Below, one piece after another: positions 19,402-28,547 of a stretch of DNA of 64,000 nt. Below the pieces are notes generated by a model. The model was not told the origin of the DNA and did no database searches. It saw only the letters and a list, made by a program, of their open reading frames with translations. The DNA comes from an uncultured Lachnoclostridium sp. (GTDB taxonomy: Bacteria > Bacillota > Clostridia > Lachnospirales > Lachnospiraceae). The translations under genes and the position numbers were made by a program. Where the stretch lies: assembly GCA_947369165.1 (NCBI GenBank), contig CANBKJ010000004.1, positions 4,552 through 68,551 of the forward strand. Reading direction: 5' to 3'. Numbering within the stretch: the first letter of the stretch is position 1; each line of letters begins with the position of its first letter.

Positions 19402-20479
19402 GGAATATAACCTTTGGCTCTGTAGTATACCAGGCATCGGGATTCGGAAACTCCTGCTATTGGAGGCGGAACTTGGGACTCCGGAGCAGATCTACCGGGC
19501 GGGAGAGGCAAAGCTTGTAAAAATAAAAGGAATATCTGCCAGAGACGCTCATAATATAGTGACAAGCAGACAGACCTTTTGTCCAGATGGGGTGAAGGAA
19601 AAGCTGGACCGTCTGGATATGAGGTGTACCACATGGTTTTCCCCAGAATATCCTGCTTTGTGCCGCCATCTCTACGATCCGCCCAAACACCTGTTTTACC
19701 GTGGGGAACTGCCAGGGGAGCAGCATTGTGTGGCGGTGGTGGGAGCGAGGGATTGTTCGGTTTATGGCAGAGAAAATGCCAGGAGATTTGCTTCCGCACT
19801 TGCAGCGGCTGGTGTGGGAATTATCAGCGGTATGGCGAGAGGCATTGACGGCTGGGCGCATCAGGGAGCGCTGGAAGGCAGGGGCAGGACCTATGCCGTA
19901 CTGGGAAATAGTGCGGAGATCTGTTATCCTGTGGAACATGCCGGGCTTTACCGGAGTATTCTGAAAAGGGGAGGAATTCTTTCGGAGTATCCGCCGGGAA
20001 CAAAGGCTGCTGCTGGGTTTTTCCCCATGCGCAACCGAATTATCAGTGCACTGTCGGAAGGAGTTCTGGTGGTTGAGGCCAGAAAGAGGAGTGGTTCTCT
20101 GATTACGGCAGAGCAGGCGCTGGATCAGGGGAAAGATGTTTTTGTCATTCCGGGACGCATCGGAGATACTTTGAGTGAGGGCTGCAATAACCTGATTCGA
20201 GACGGTGCAATTCTGGTAACTACACCGGAGGATATATTAGATTATTATGGATGGGCTCACGAAAACCAGACAGAAAATTTAAAAAAAAATAAACTTATTC
20301 TTGAAAGAAGAGAAAAAATGGTGTATGCTAATTTAAGTCTTGAGCCAAAACATTTGACTGTTCTGGCAGAGGAAGTTCAAATGGATTCTGCCGAAGTGAT
20401 GGGATGTATTCTATCTCTTCTTAAGGGCAGGCTGATCAAAGAGATCGGAAACCATTATTATATAAGGAATGTTATCTAA
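19391..20479 (+). CDS. dprA: DNA-processing protein DprA
   Basis: VAVVGARDCSVYG, IISGMARGIDGWAH, FPMRNRIISALS, SGSLITA. Confidence 0.95.
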   Translation: MKGEEYNLWLCSIPGIGIRKLLLLEAELGTPEQIYRAGEAKLVKIKGISARDAHNIVTSRQTFCPDGVKEKLDRLDMRCTTWFSPEYPALCRHLYDPPKHLFYRGELPGEQHCVAVVGARDCSVYGRENARRFASALAAAGVGIISGMARGIDGWAHQGALEGRGRTYAVLGNSAEICYPVEHAGLYRSILKRGGILSEYPPGTKAAAGFFPMRNRIISALSEGVLVVEARKRSGSLITAEQALDQGKDVFVIPGRIGDTLSEGCNNLIRDGAILVTTPEDILDYYGWAHENQTENLKKNKLILERREKMVYANLSLEPKHLTVLAEEVQMDSAEVMGCILSLLKGRLIKEIGNHYYIRNVI

Positions 20480-20494
20480 GGGGGATGTTTTGAA

Positions 20495-22651
20495 ATGGCT
20501 AAGAATTTAATTATTGTGGAGTCACCGGCCAAATCCAAAACAATCAAAAAATTTTTGGGGAGCAACTATACTGTAGCAGCTTCAAACGGGCATGTAAGAG
20601 ATTTGCCCAAAAGTCAGATGGGGGTTGATTTTGAAAATGATTTTGAACCAAAGTATATTACCATACGAGGAAAAGGAGAGCTTCTCGCCGCGCTGCGAAA
20701 AGAAGTAAAGAAGGCGGACCGGATCTTTCTGGCGACGGACCCCGACCGGGAGGGAGAGGCGATCTCGTGGCATTTGTTTCACGCTTTAAAACTGGATCCC
20801 AAGAAGACGAGCCGTATTACGTTCAATGAAATTACAAAAAATGCCGTTCGTCAGGCTATCAAACAATCTAGAGAGATTGATATGGATCTGGTGGATGCCC
20901 AGCAGGCAAGACGTGTTCTGGACCGTATGGTGGGATATTCCATCAGCCCCCTGCTCTGGCAGAAGGTAAAGAGAGGGTTAAGTGCGGGGCGGGTGCAGTC
21001 GGTAGCACTGAGGATCATCGCAGACCGCGAATCGGAGATTGACGCTTTTATACCGCAGGAATATTGGACGCTGGAGGCAGCATTTGCAGTGAAGGGAAGC
21101 AAAAAGCCATTGATCGCAAAATATTATGGCAATCCCAAAAAGCAGGAGAATATCTCTGGTCCAGAGATGGAAGATATCGTAAAACAATTAGAGGGCGCCG
21201 TTTACCAGGTGACAGATATCAAAAAAGGAGAGCGCACAAAAAAGCCCCCGCTTCCTTTTACCACGAGTACCCTTCAACAGGAAGGGGCAAAAAACATGAA
21301 CTTTTCCACGCAGAAAACGATGCGGGTTGCCCAACAGTTGTATGAAGGTGTCACCGTGAAGGGACGGGGCAGCATAGGTCTCATCACTTATCTGCGTACC
21401 GACTCTACCCGGATCTCTGATGAGGCAGACAGGGAGTGCAAAGAGTTTATTCGTGAAAATTATGGTGAGGAAAATATTATTTCCGCCAATTATATAAAGA
21501 AAGACGACAAAAAGATTCAGGATGCCCACGAGGCGATTCGCCCTACTTATGTAGATCTGACACCAGCGATGGTAAAAGATTCTCTGACAAGAGATCAGTT
21601 CCGACTCTATCAGGTGATCTGGAAACGATTTGTAGCAAGCCGGATGAATGCCGCCAGATACGAGACAACATCGGTGAAGATTGATGCAGGGGATTACCGG
21701 TTCACCAGTTCTGGTTCCAAGATTGTATTTCCGGGATTTCTATCTGTCTATCAGGATAATGAGGACAAGGAAGAAAAGAATGCCGTGCTTCATAAGGTTA
21801 CAGAGGGTACCGTGTTTGACCAGGCGGATCTAAAAAAAGAGCAGCATTTTACACAGCCGCCGGCGCACTATACGGAGGCTTCCCTGGTAAAAGCACTGGA
21901 GGAGCTGGGGATCGGCCGTCCGAGTACCTATGCACCGACGATCACCACACTGATCTCCCGCAGATATGTAGCAAAGGAGCAGAAAAATCTATATCTTTCG
22001 GATCTGGGAGACATTGTGAACGAAATTATGAAAAGTGCCTTTTCCAGTATCGTAGATGTCAATTTTACTGCGACGATGGAAACCCTTTTGGATGGTGTGG
22101 CAGATGGAAGTGTGGAATGGAAAAGTATCATTCGGAACTTTTATCCGGATCTGGAAGAAGCTGTGAATCATGCCGAACAGGCATTGGAAAAGATAAAGAT
22201 TGAGGATGAGGTCACAGACACCATCTGCGAAAACTGCGGAAGGAATATGGTGATTAAATACGGTCCCCATGGAAAATTCATGGCATGTCCAGGATTTCCT
22301 GACTGCCGGAATACAAAACCATATTTTGAGAAGATCGGTGTCAAGTGCAACAAATGTGGTGGCGAGATTGTTATCAAGAAAACCCAGAAAGGCAGACGTT
22401 ATTATGGCTGTGAAAATTATCCGGACTGCGATGTTATGACCTGGCAGAAGCCATCGAATAAAATCTGTCCTACTTGTGGAAGTATGCTGCTGGAAAAGGG
22501 AAATAAGCTGGTTTGTGCCGATGCTGGCTGTGGATATATGGAAGAAAGAGCGTCTTCCACAGAAGAAAAGACCTCTTCCATGGAAGAAAAATCATCTTCC
22601 ACAGAAAGCAACCCATCTTCTGACAGTGAAAAACAAACGGTTAATACTTGA
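20495..22651 (+). CDS. topA: DNA topoisomerase I (type IA) with C4 zinc ribbons and a repeat-derived tail
   Basis: LIIVESPAK, ATDPDREGEAI, SAGRVQS, GLITYLRTDS, GIGRPSTY. Confidence 0.97.
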   Translation: MAKNLIIVESPAKSKTIKKFLGSNYTVAASNGHVRDLPKSQMGVDFENDFEPKYITIRGKGELLAALRKEVKKADRIFLATDPDREGEAISWHLFHALKLDPKKTSRITFNEITKNAVRQAIKQSREIDMDLVDAQQARRVLDRMVGYSISPLLWQKVKRGLSAGRVQSVALRIIADRESEIDAFIPQEYWTLEAAFAVKGSKKPLIAKYYGNPKKQENISGPEMEDIVKQLEGAVYQVTDIKKGERTKKPPLPFTTSTLQQEGAKNMNFSTQKTMRVAQQLYEGVTVKGRGSIGLITYLRTDSTRISDEADRECKEFIRENYGEENIISANYIKKDDKKIQDAHEAIRPTYVDLTPAMVKDSLTRDQFRLYQVIWKRFVASRMNAARYETTSVKIDAGDYRFTSSGSKIVFPGFLSVYQDNEDKEEKNAVLHKVTEGTVFDQADLKKEQHFTQPPAHYTEASLVKALEELGIGRPSTYAPTITTLISRRYVAKEQKNLYLSDLGDIVNEIMKSAFSSIVDVNFTATMETLLDGVADGSVEWKSIIRNFYPDLEEAVNHAEQALEKIKIEDEVTDTICENCGRNMVIKYGPHGKFMACPGFPDCRNTKPYFEKIGVKCNKCGGEIVIKKTQKGRRYYGCENYPDCDVMTWQKPSNKICPTCGSMLLEKGNKLVCADAGCGYMEERASSTEEKTSSMEEKSSSTESNPSSDSEKQTVNT
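22538..22621 (+). repeat. 4 x 21-bp imperfect tandem repeat in the topA 3' end
   Basis: ATGGAAGAAAGAGCGTCTTCC / ACAGAAGAAAAGACCTCTTCC / ATGGAAGAAAAATCATCTTCC / ACAGAAAGCAACCCATCTTCT. Confidence 0.85.
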
Positions 22652-22676
22652 ATTTTATCCTGATGTATGCTAAAAT
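22648..22676 (+). promoter_or_regulatory. Putative sigma-A promoter of codY
   Basis: TTGAAT - 17 bp - TAAAAT with TG extension (TGCTAAAAT). Confidence 0.65.
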
Positions 22677-22704
22677 TGTAAAAGGTTGATTGTGAGGCTG
22701 TGAG

Positions 22705-23475
22705 ATGAGTGTAGACTTATTGGATAAAACGCGTAAAATCAACGGGCTTCTTAGGGATAATCGTGTTTCAAAGGTTGCTTTTACGGATTTGTGTCAGGTC
22801 CTGGGGGACTTATTGGATTCAAAAGTATTTGTGATCAGCAGCAAGGGAAAGATTTTAGGCATGTCTCCGGGGGCAGAAGAGGGGATTTTGTCCGGGTTCC
22901 CTTCTGTGAAAGGCAAGCTGATCGATGCAAAACTGAGCAAAAGATTTTTGGAAGTATTATCTACCAAGGAAAATGTGAATCTTGAGACGCTTGGGATTCC
23001 CAGGGAAGAGACAGGAGAGCTGCAGGCGCTGATTACTCCTGTGTATATTGCCGGAAAGCGGCTTGGTACCTTGTTTTTATATCGGAGGCTGCAGGTGTAT
23101 GGCATAGAAGATATTATTTTGACAGAGTACAGCACTACTGTTGTAGGGCTTGAGATGATGCGTTCGGTGGCGGAAGAGACGGATTATGCCAACCGTAAAC
23201 AGCAGGTGGTGGATTCCGTTATGCATATTTTATCACCGTTGGAGACAAAGGCGGCTGAGTTTGTCCTGAGCCAGCTTAATTCCGGTGAAGGTACGATTGT
23301 CACCTCGCGTCTTGCGAAGGAAGTAGGGATCACAAGAACTGTGATTGTAAATGCTTTAAAGAAGATGGAAAGCGCTGGGCTGCTTGAGACAAAATCCTAT
23401 GGAGTAAAAGGAACCCATATCAAAATACTGAATGATATCGTATTTTCTGAATTTGAAATTAATAATAAAGAGTAA
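22705..23475 (+). CDS. codY: CodY-family regulator (divergent HTH)
   Basis: MSVDLLDKTRKIN; GKRLGTLFL; EYSTTVVGLEM; GITRTVIVNALKKMESAG; topA-codY-flgB synteny. Confidence 0.88.
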   Translation: MSVDLLDKTRKINGLLRDNRVSKVAFTDLCQVLGDLLDSKVFVISSKGKILGMSPGAEEGILSGFPSVKGKLIDAKLSKRFLEVLSTKENVNLETLGIPREETGELQALITPVYIAGKRLGTLFLYRRLQVYGIEDIILTEYSTTVVGLEMMRSVAEETDYANRKQQVVDSVMHILSPLETKAAEFVLSQLNSGEGTIVTSRLAKEVGITRTVIVNALKKMESAGLLETKSYGVKGTHIKILNDIVFSEFEINNKE

Positions 23476-23657
23476 AAAATGAGACAAAACCTTATAGGTA
23501 AGAATAGTTTAAAAGATATGGAATGATATCGTATCTATCCAGTTTGAAAATAATAAAAATAGAAATGGATTTCTTGTGTCGCAAATGGAATTGTGATTTA
23601 TTTTCATAATGCCTTTTGCGGTTTTGTCCTTAAACTAAAATAGAAAGGATTGAGGAT

Positions 23658-24047
23658 ATGGTTTTATCAAATGCTTACAACTACATCAATGTTCTTGGTA
23701 AAGCAGCAGATGCCAGTTGGACAAGAAATGATATTCTTGCCAACAATATCGCTAATGCGGATACGCCAGGATTTAAGAGGAAGGATGTACAGTTTGAGAC
23801 GTATCTGGCGAACGCTGTGGCAGGGACTGACTCTCTGGATGAGACGATTTCCAATATAGACCTGAATGAGCTTAATTGTACGACGTATACTGATCAGGTG
23901 AGCTTGAGCTACCGTTACGATGGTAACAACGTAGATATACATACGGAAGGCGTGGAGCTTGCCAAGAATCAGCTCAAATATTATACATTGATGAATTCCA
24001 TGAGTCAGGAGTTTTCCCGATTGAAATCGGCCATAAAGACCAGTTAA
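23658..24047 (+). CDS. flgB: Flagellar basal-body rod protein FlgB
   Basis: LANNIANADTPGFKRKDV; DGNNVDI. Confidence 0.95.
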   Translation: MVLSNAYNYINVLGKAADASWTRNDILANNIANADTPGFKRKDVQFETYLANAVAGTDSLDETISNIDLNELNCTTYTDQVSLSYRYDGNNVDIHTEGVELAKNQLKYYTLMNSMSQEFSRLKSAIKTS

Positions 24048-24114
24048 TTGGTGAAATAAACCGAAAATAATTGAAGTTAGCTGTGAATGAAAGGTAAGGA
24101 AAGGAGAATAAAAT

Positions 24115-24552
24115 ATGTCAATTTTTGGTGCATTGGACGTAAGTGCTACTGGCATGACAGCGCAGCAGGTACGGAGCGATATTATTTCGCAGAATATTGC
24201 GAATGTAAATACGACGAGAGATGCGAAGGGAAACCCTTATAAAAGGAAGATGGTTGTTTTTGAAGAAAAGAGTTTTCCGACTTTTGAAGAATCCCTTAGC
24301 TTTGCTACGGGACATACTGGCAAAGGCGTGAAAGTGACAGAGATCGCGGAGGATTCGAGCGAGGGCCGTATGGTGTATGATCCCTCCCATCCGGATGCTG
24401 ATGAAAACGGCTATGTTACATATCCTAATGTAAATACCGTGACAGAGATGACGAATCTGATCGATGCGACGAGAGCCTATGAGGCAAATGTTACTGTGCT
24501 TAACTCCACTAAGGGAATGGCGTTGAAGGCGCTGGATATCAGTGGAGCTTGA
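24115..24552 (+). CDS. flgC: Flagellar basal-body rod protein FlgC
   Basis: SQNIANVNTTR; VYDPSHPDA; YPNVN; RAYEAN. Confidence 0.96.
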   Translation: MSIFGALDVSATGMTAQQVRSDIISQNIANVNTTRDAKGNPYKRKMVVFEEKSFPTFEESLSFATGHTGKGVKVTEIAEDSSEGRMVYDPSHPDADENGYVTYPNVNTVTEMTNLIDATRAYEANVTVLNSTKGMALKALDISGA

Positions 24553-24602
24553 TAGAGAGTGTTTGAGTAGATAAAAAACAGTATTGAAGAGAGGAAAACA
24601 GT

Positions 24603-24923
24603 ATGGATTTGAATCGCATTTCAGGAATTGACAGCTTGTCTGCTGTGAGTAGATATGGCAGTACGACGGATCGGACAGAAAACAGCCATGGTAAAACAAG
24701 TTTTGATAGTTTGCTTGATTCGGCTATGAAGCTTGTAAGTGAGACAGATCAGCTTTCCAATGAGGCGGAGGCGGAAGAGGTTCGTTTTGCTATGGGTGAG
24801 TCAGACAGTCTGCATGACCTGCAGGTGGCTCAGCAGAAGGCGAACGTATCGCTGCAATATACTGTTGCAGTGAAAAATACAGCAATGGAAGCCTATCGGT
24901 CGTTGCTGAACCTTCAGTTCTGA
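24603..24923 (+). CDS. fliE: Hook-basal body protein FliE
   Basis: HDLQVAQQKANVSLQ...AMEAYRSLLNLQF; position after flgC. Confidence 0.9.
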   Translation: MDLNRISGIDSLSAVSRYGSTTDRTENSHGKTSFDSLLDSAMKLVSETDQLSNEAEAEEVRFAMGESDSLHDLQVAQQKANVSLQYTVAVKNTAMEAYRSLLNLQF

Positions 24924-24980
24924 TTTTACTCCTTTCTGATGAATGGAGAAAAAATTTAGATAGTTAGGAGCGGAAACATT

Positions 24981-26609
24981 ATGATGGATCAGCTGATCGC
25001 CATTAAGGATAAAATAGTTGCATTTTGGAACAAATATACAACCAGACAAAAAACGGTTATTATCTGCGTCGTGCTTGCAGTGTTTTTTGCCTTGGTTTTG
25101 TTGTCCTATTTTTTGACAAGGCCTGTTTACACGCATCTGGCTACTTTTTCGGATGCTGGTCTTGCGAGCACTCTTTCCGAGGCATTAGATGGAAAGAATA
25201 TAAAATACAAGATGGATACGGATGCGTCAGGAACCACGTCCTTTGAAGTGGAACAGTCGGATTATTCCGAGGCAGTTCTGGCGATGGGAGCAAACGGTAT
25301 TGTAGACAAGGAAATGACCTGGGAGACAGCGCTGGAAAGCGATATGACCACGTCTTCCCTGGAAAAACACACAAAGATTACCCTTGCCCTTCAGTCATCC
25401 ATCAAAGAGAACCTGCTTAATTTTGCCGGAGTGCAGGATGCTACGGTGATTATTGACCGACCGGAAGACGATAAGACTTTTATTGCGGCAACCAAGGAAG
25501 CATCTGTCAGTGTTACTCTTCGTCTGGCTGAGGGAAAAGAGATGGAGAGAGAGACGGCGACAGCGATGGCGTATTATCTCACCAATGCAGTGGGAAATAA
25601 AACGACGGATAATATTGTTATTGTAGACACCGCTGGTAATCTTCTTTATGGAGCCAAAACTGACAACACTCTGGGTGGAACCGTATCAGGAATAGATGAT
25701 TACAAATCAAAGCTGCAGCAGACCTTTGCCGAGCGTACCAGGAAAATGCTGTTAAAGGCGGGCTATGACGATGCTGAGGTCAGCAGTATGGCGATCAAGT
25801 TTAACATGGATCAGGTAGAAGAGCTGATCACTACGTATTCCGTAGGCGAGGGACAGGATCAGGGATATTATTCCAGTTCCTATGAGTACTCTTCCAATGG
25901 TCAGTCAGGAAGTGGTGGGGTTCCGGGAACAGATTCCAATGGTGAAGAAACAGATTATATGCTTCAGAACAATGGAACCACCAATTCGGAAACCATTTTA
26001 AATAAGTACAACTATCTTCCTAATGAAGATGTACAGAATATAAAAAGAGAAGTAGGAGCCGTTGTACCAGAAGAATCTTCAATTGGTATTATCTTGACCA
26101 GATATCGTAAAGTATCAGAGGAAACCCTGGAAGAGCAGGGGGCACTGAACGATATCTCTTTCGATGAATATATTGAACAGAACAGTCAGGTTAATACACT
26201 GGAGACACCGGAAGACCTTCTTCCTCTGGTTGCAGCAGCAACTGGAATCGCGGAGAACCGGATCAGTATCCGGATTCAGGAAAAACCAGTCTTTGAGGCA
26301 AAAGAAGACACGGGACTTCTGGCAGGTGGATTTGCCAATTATCTGATGATCATTCTGGCCGTATTGATCGGAGCACTGCTTATCTTTGTGATCATCCGTG
26401 GAACATCACCAGTAGAGGTGACAGAGCTTGAACCAGAACTTTCAGTAGAAGATCTCCTGGCGACGACCAAAGAGGATGAGAAGGGACTGGAAGAGATCGA
26501 GATGGGTGAAAAATCAGAGACCCGTACGATGATAGAGAAATTTGTGGACGAAAATCCAGAAGCGGTGGCTATGCTGCTTCGTAATTGGATCAATGAAGAT
26601 TGGGGGTAA
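24981..26609 (+). CDS. fliF: Flagellar M-ring protein FliF
   Basis: Two TM helices; C-terminus IEKFVDENPEAVAMLLRNWINED. Confidence 0.93.
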   Translation: MMDQLIAIKDKIVAFWNKYTTRQKTVIICVVLAVFFALVLLSYFLTRPVYTHLATFSDAGLASTLSEALDGKNIKYKMDTDASGTTSFEVEQSDYSEAVLAMGANGIVDKEMTWETALESDMTTSSLEKHTKITLALQSSIKENLLNFAGVQDATVIIDRPEDDKTFIAATKEASVSVTLRLAEGKEMERETATAMAYYLTNAVGNKTTDNIVIVDTAGNLLYGAKTDNTLGGTVSGIDDYKSKLQQTFAERTRKMLLKAGYDDAEVSSMAIKFNMDQVEELITTYSVGEGQDQGYYSSSYEYSSNGQSGSGGVPGTDSNGEETDYMLQNNGTTNSETILNKYNYLPNEDVQNIKREVGAVVPEESSIGIILTRYRKVSEETLEEQGALNDISFDEYIEQNSQVNTLETPEDLLPLVAAATGIAENRISIRIQEKPVFEAKEDTGLLAGGFANYLMIILAVLIGALLIFVIIRGTSPVEVTELEPELSVEDLLATTKEDEKGLEEIEMGEKSETRTMIEKFVDENPEAVAMLLRNWINEDWG

Positions 26610-26615
26610 TGTGTC

Positions 26616-27629
26616 ATGAGTTCAAGTACTTCAGAATTGGATGGTGTGCAAAAGGCAGCGATACTCCTGATTACGCTGGGACCGGAAAAAGCGGCAGGAA
26701 TTTTTAAACATTTAAAAGAAGATGAGATCGAGCAGCTTACACTGGAAATCGCAAATACAAGAAGTGTGACGCCGGCAGAAAAAGAACAGGTTTTAAATGA
26801 GTTTTACGAAGTCTGCCTGGCACAGCAATATATTGCGGAGGGTGGTATTGGCTATGCCAAAGATCTTCTGCAGAAAGCTCTTGGTGAGGACAGGGCGAAG
26901 GAGGTACTGGGCAAACTGACTGCTTCGCTTCAGGTAAGACCTTTCGAGTTTATACGGAAGACGGAGGCATCCCAGATTCTCAACTTTATCCAGGATGAGC
27001 ATCCGCAGACCATTGCCCTTATTTTATCTTATCTGTCACCGACCCAGGCGGCAGGTATCATTAGTACATTGACGCCGGACAAACAGACGGATGTGGCAAA
27101 ACGTATCGCACTCATGGATCGTACCTCTCCGGATGTGATCAAGGAAGTGGAGAACATTTTGGAACAGAAACTTGCTTCTCTTGTAAATCAGGACTACACG
27201 ATTGTCGGCGGAATCGATTCCATCGTAGAGGTATTGAATACCGTGGATCGTGGAACCGAAAAACATATTATGGAAAATTTGGAGATCGAGGAGCCAGAAC
27301 TGGCAGACGAGATCCGAAAGAAAATGTTTGTATTCGAAGATATTCTTATGCTGGACGACCGTTCCATACAGCGTGTGCTTCGTGAGGTGGAGAACAGCGA
27401 GCTTGCTGTGGCACTGAAGGGTGCCAACGAAGAGGTGCAGAATGTCATCTTCAACAATATGTCTACCCGTCTTTCTGCAATGATAAAGGAAGATATGGAA
27501 TATATGGGACCTGTGCGTATGAAGGATGTGGAAGAGGCACAGCAGAAGATTGTAAATATTATTAGAAAACTTGAGGATTCCGCTGAGATTGTTATATCAA
27601 GGGGCGGAGGTGACGAGATCGTTGTCTAA
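26616..27629 (+). CDS. fliG: Flagellar motor switch protein FliG
   Basis: QKAAILLITLG; EHPQTIALILSYL; MFVFEDI; MGPVRMKDVEEAQQKIV. Confidence 0.97.
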   Translation: MSSSTSELDGVQKAAILLITLGPEKAAGIFKHLKEDEIEQLTLEIANTRSVTPAEKEQVLNEFYEVCLAQQYIAEGGIGYAKDLLQKALGEDRAKEVLGKLTASLQVRPFEFIRKTEASQILNFIQDEHPQTIALILSYLSPTQAAGIISTLTPDKQTDVAKRIALMDRTSPDVIKEVENILEQKLASLVNQDYTIVGGIDSIVEVLNTVDRGTEKHIMENLEIEEPELADEIRKKMFVFEDILMLDDRSIQRVLREVENSELAVALKGANEEVQNVIFNNMSTRLSAMIKEDMEYMGPVRMKDVEEAQQKIVNIIRKLEDSAEIVISRGGGDEIVV

Positions 27630-28497
27630 TTTAATCAAATATCCCTTTGTAAATATGCAGGGGAAAGAGACCGTTGTCATTGACAACAATTCGGAAGGAG
27701 CGGAGTTCGTGCCCTTTCGGGAAAAAGGTGTGAAGATTAAGACCATCAGTGAGATTGAGGCGGAGAAGGCGCTGCTTCAGGCTGTCGAAGGTTTTGCTGG
27801 AGAGACAGCTGCTGCGTCTGAAGATGCGGAAAAGAAGGATGGTTCCGGGGAATTTAAAGCGGGGCTGAATGTCACCAATTTTGACGAGCTCTTTCAGCAA
27901 CATCAAAAAGAGGCAGAGGATAAAGCGGCTCAGGTGTTGGAGGAAGCCAGAAAGCAGGCAGAGCGTATTCGGAGCGAGGCGGAGATTGCCGCTGAGACAG
28001 CTAGAAAGCGGGCGTATGAGGATGGAAGAGAGCAGGGATATTCTGAGGGAATGGCTCTGGCAGAACAGGAGATCCGGCAGAAGGAAGAAGAACTTTCCCA
28101 GCTCGCCAGACAGCAGAGAGAGGAACTTGCTGACTGTATGGAACAGATTGAGGAAAAGTATGTAAGTATTGTGATCTCTCTTGTGAAAAAACTTACTGGT
28201 GTGGTGATGGAGGGAAAAGATGATCTTATCCTCTATCTCATCCATACCGCAGCTCAGGATTTAGAGGTATCTGAGAATTATCGGATCCGTGTTTCCTCTG
28301 AGGACATCTATTTTCTGGAAAGTCGGAAGGAAGAGGTTCTGCAGGCTCTGGATGGAGATGCTTTTGTTGAATTTGTAGAAGAAAAAGGCTTGGAAAAGGG
28401 GCAGTGTATTATCGAGACAGACACCCAGATGGTGGATTGTGGTTTCCATACACAGCTGGATACATTGGTTCAGAATCTGAAAATGCTGGTGCACTGA
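27622..28497 (+). CDS. fliH: Flagellar export protein FliH
   Basis: AYEDGREQGYSEG repeats; GQCIIETD; probable TTG start at 27622 overlapping the fliG end. Confidence 0.88.
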   Translation: MSNLIKYPFVNMQGKETVVIDNNSEGAEFVPFREKGVKIKTISEIEAEKALLQAVEGFAGETAAASEDAEKKDGSGEFKAGLNVTNFDELFQQHQKEAEDKAAQVLEEARKQAERIRSEAEIAAETARKRAYEDGREQGYSEGMALAEQEIRQKEEELSQLARQQREELADCMEQIEEKYVSIVISLVKKLTGVVMEGKDDLILYLIHTAAQDLEVSENYRIRVSSEDIYFLESRKEEVLQALDGDAFVEFVEEKGLEKGQCIIETDTQMVDCGFHTQLDTLVQNLKMLVH

Positions 28498-28547
28498 CAT
28501 GATTTCATAATAACACGCATAAAAATAGTATGGGAATGGAGGCTTGT

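Noticed and set aside
23441-23455. CodY box at the end of codY (TATTTTCTGAATTTG)
   Set aside because: 4 mismatches to AATTTTCWGAAAATT and constrained by coding sequence
23476-23657. c-di-GMP riboswitch upstream of flgB, as in C. difficile
   Set aside because: No GGCAAAC/GAAA/GACGCAAAG-type core or class II motif visible
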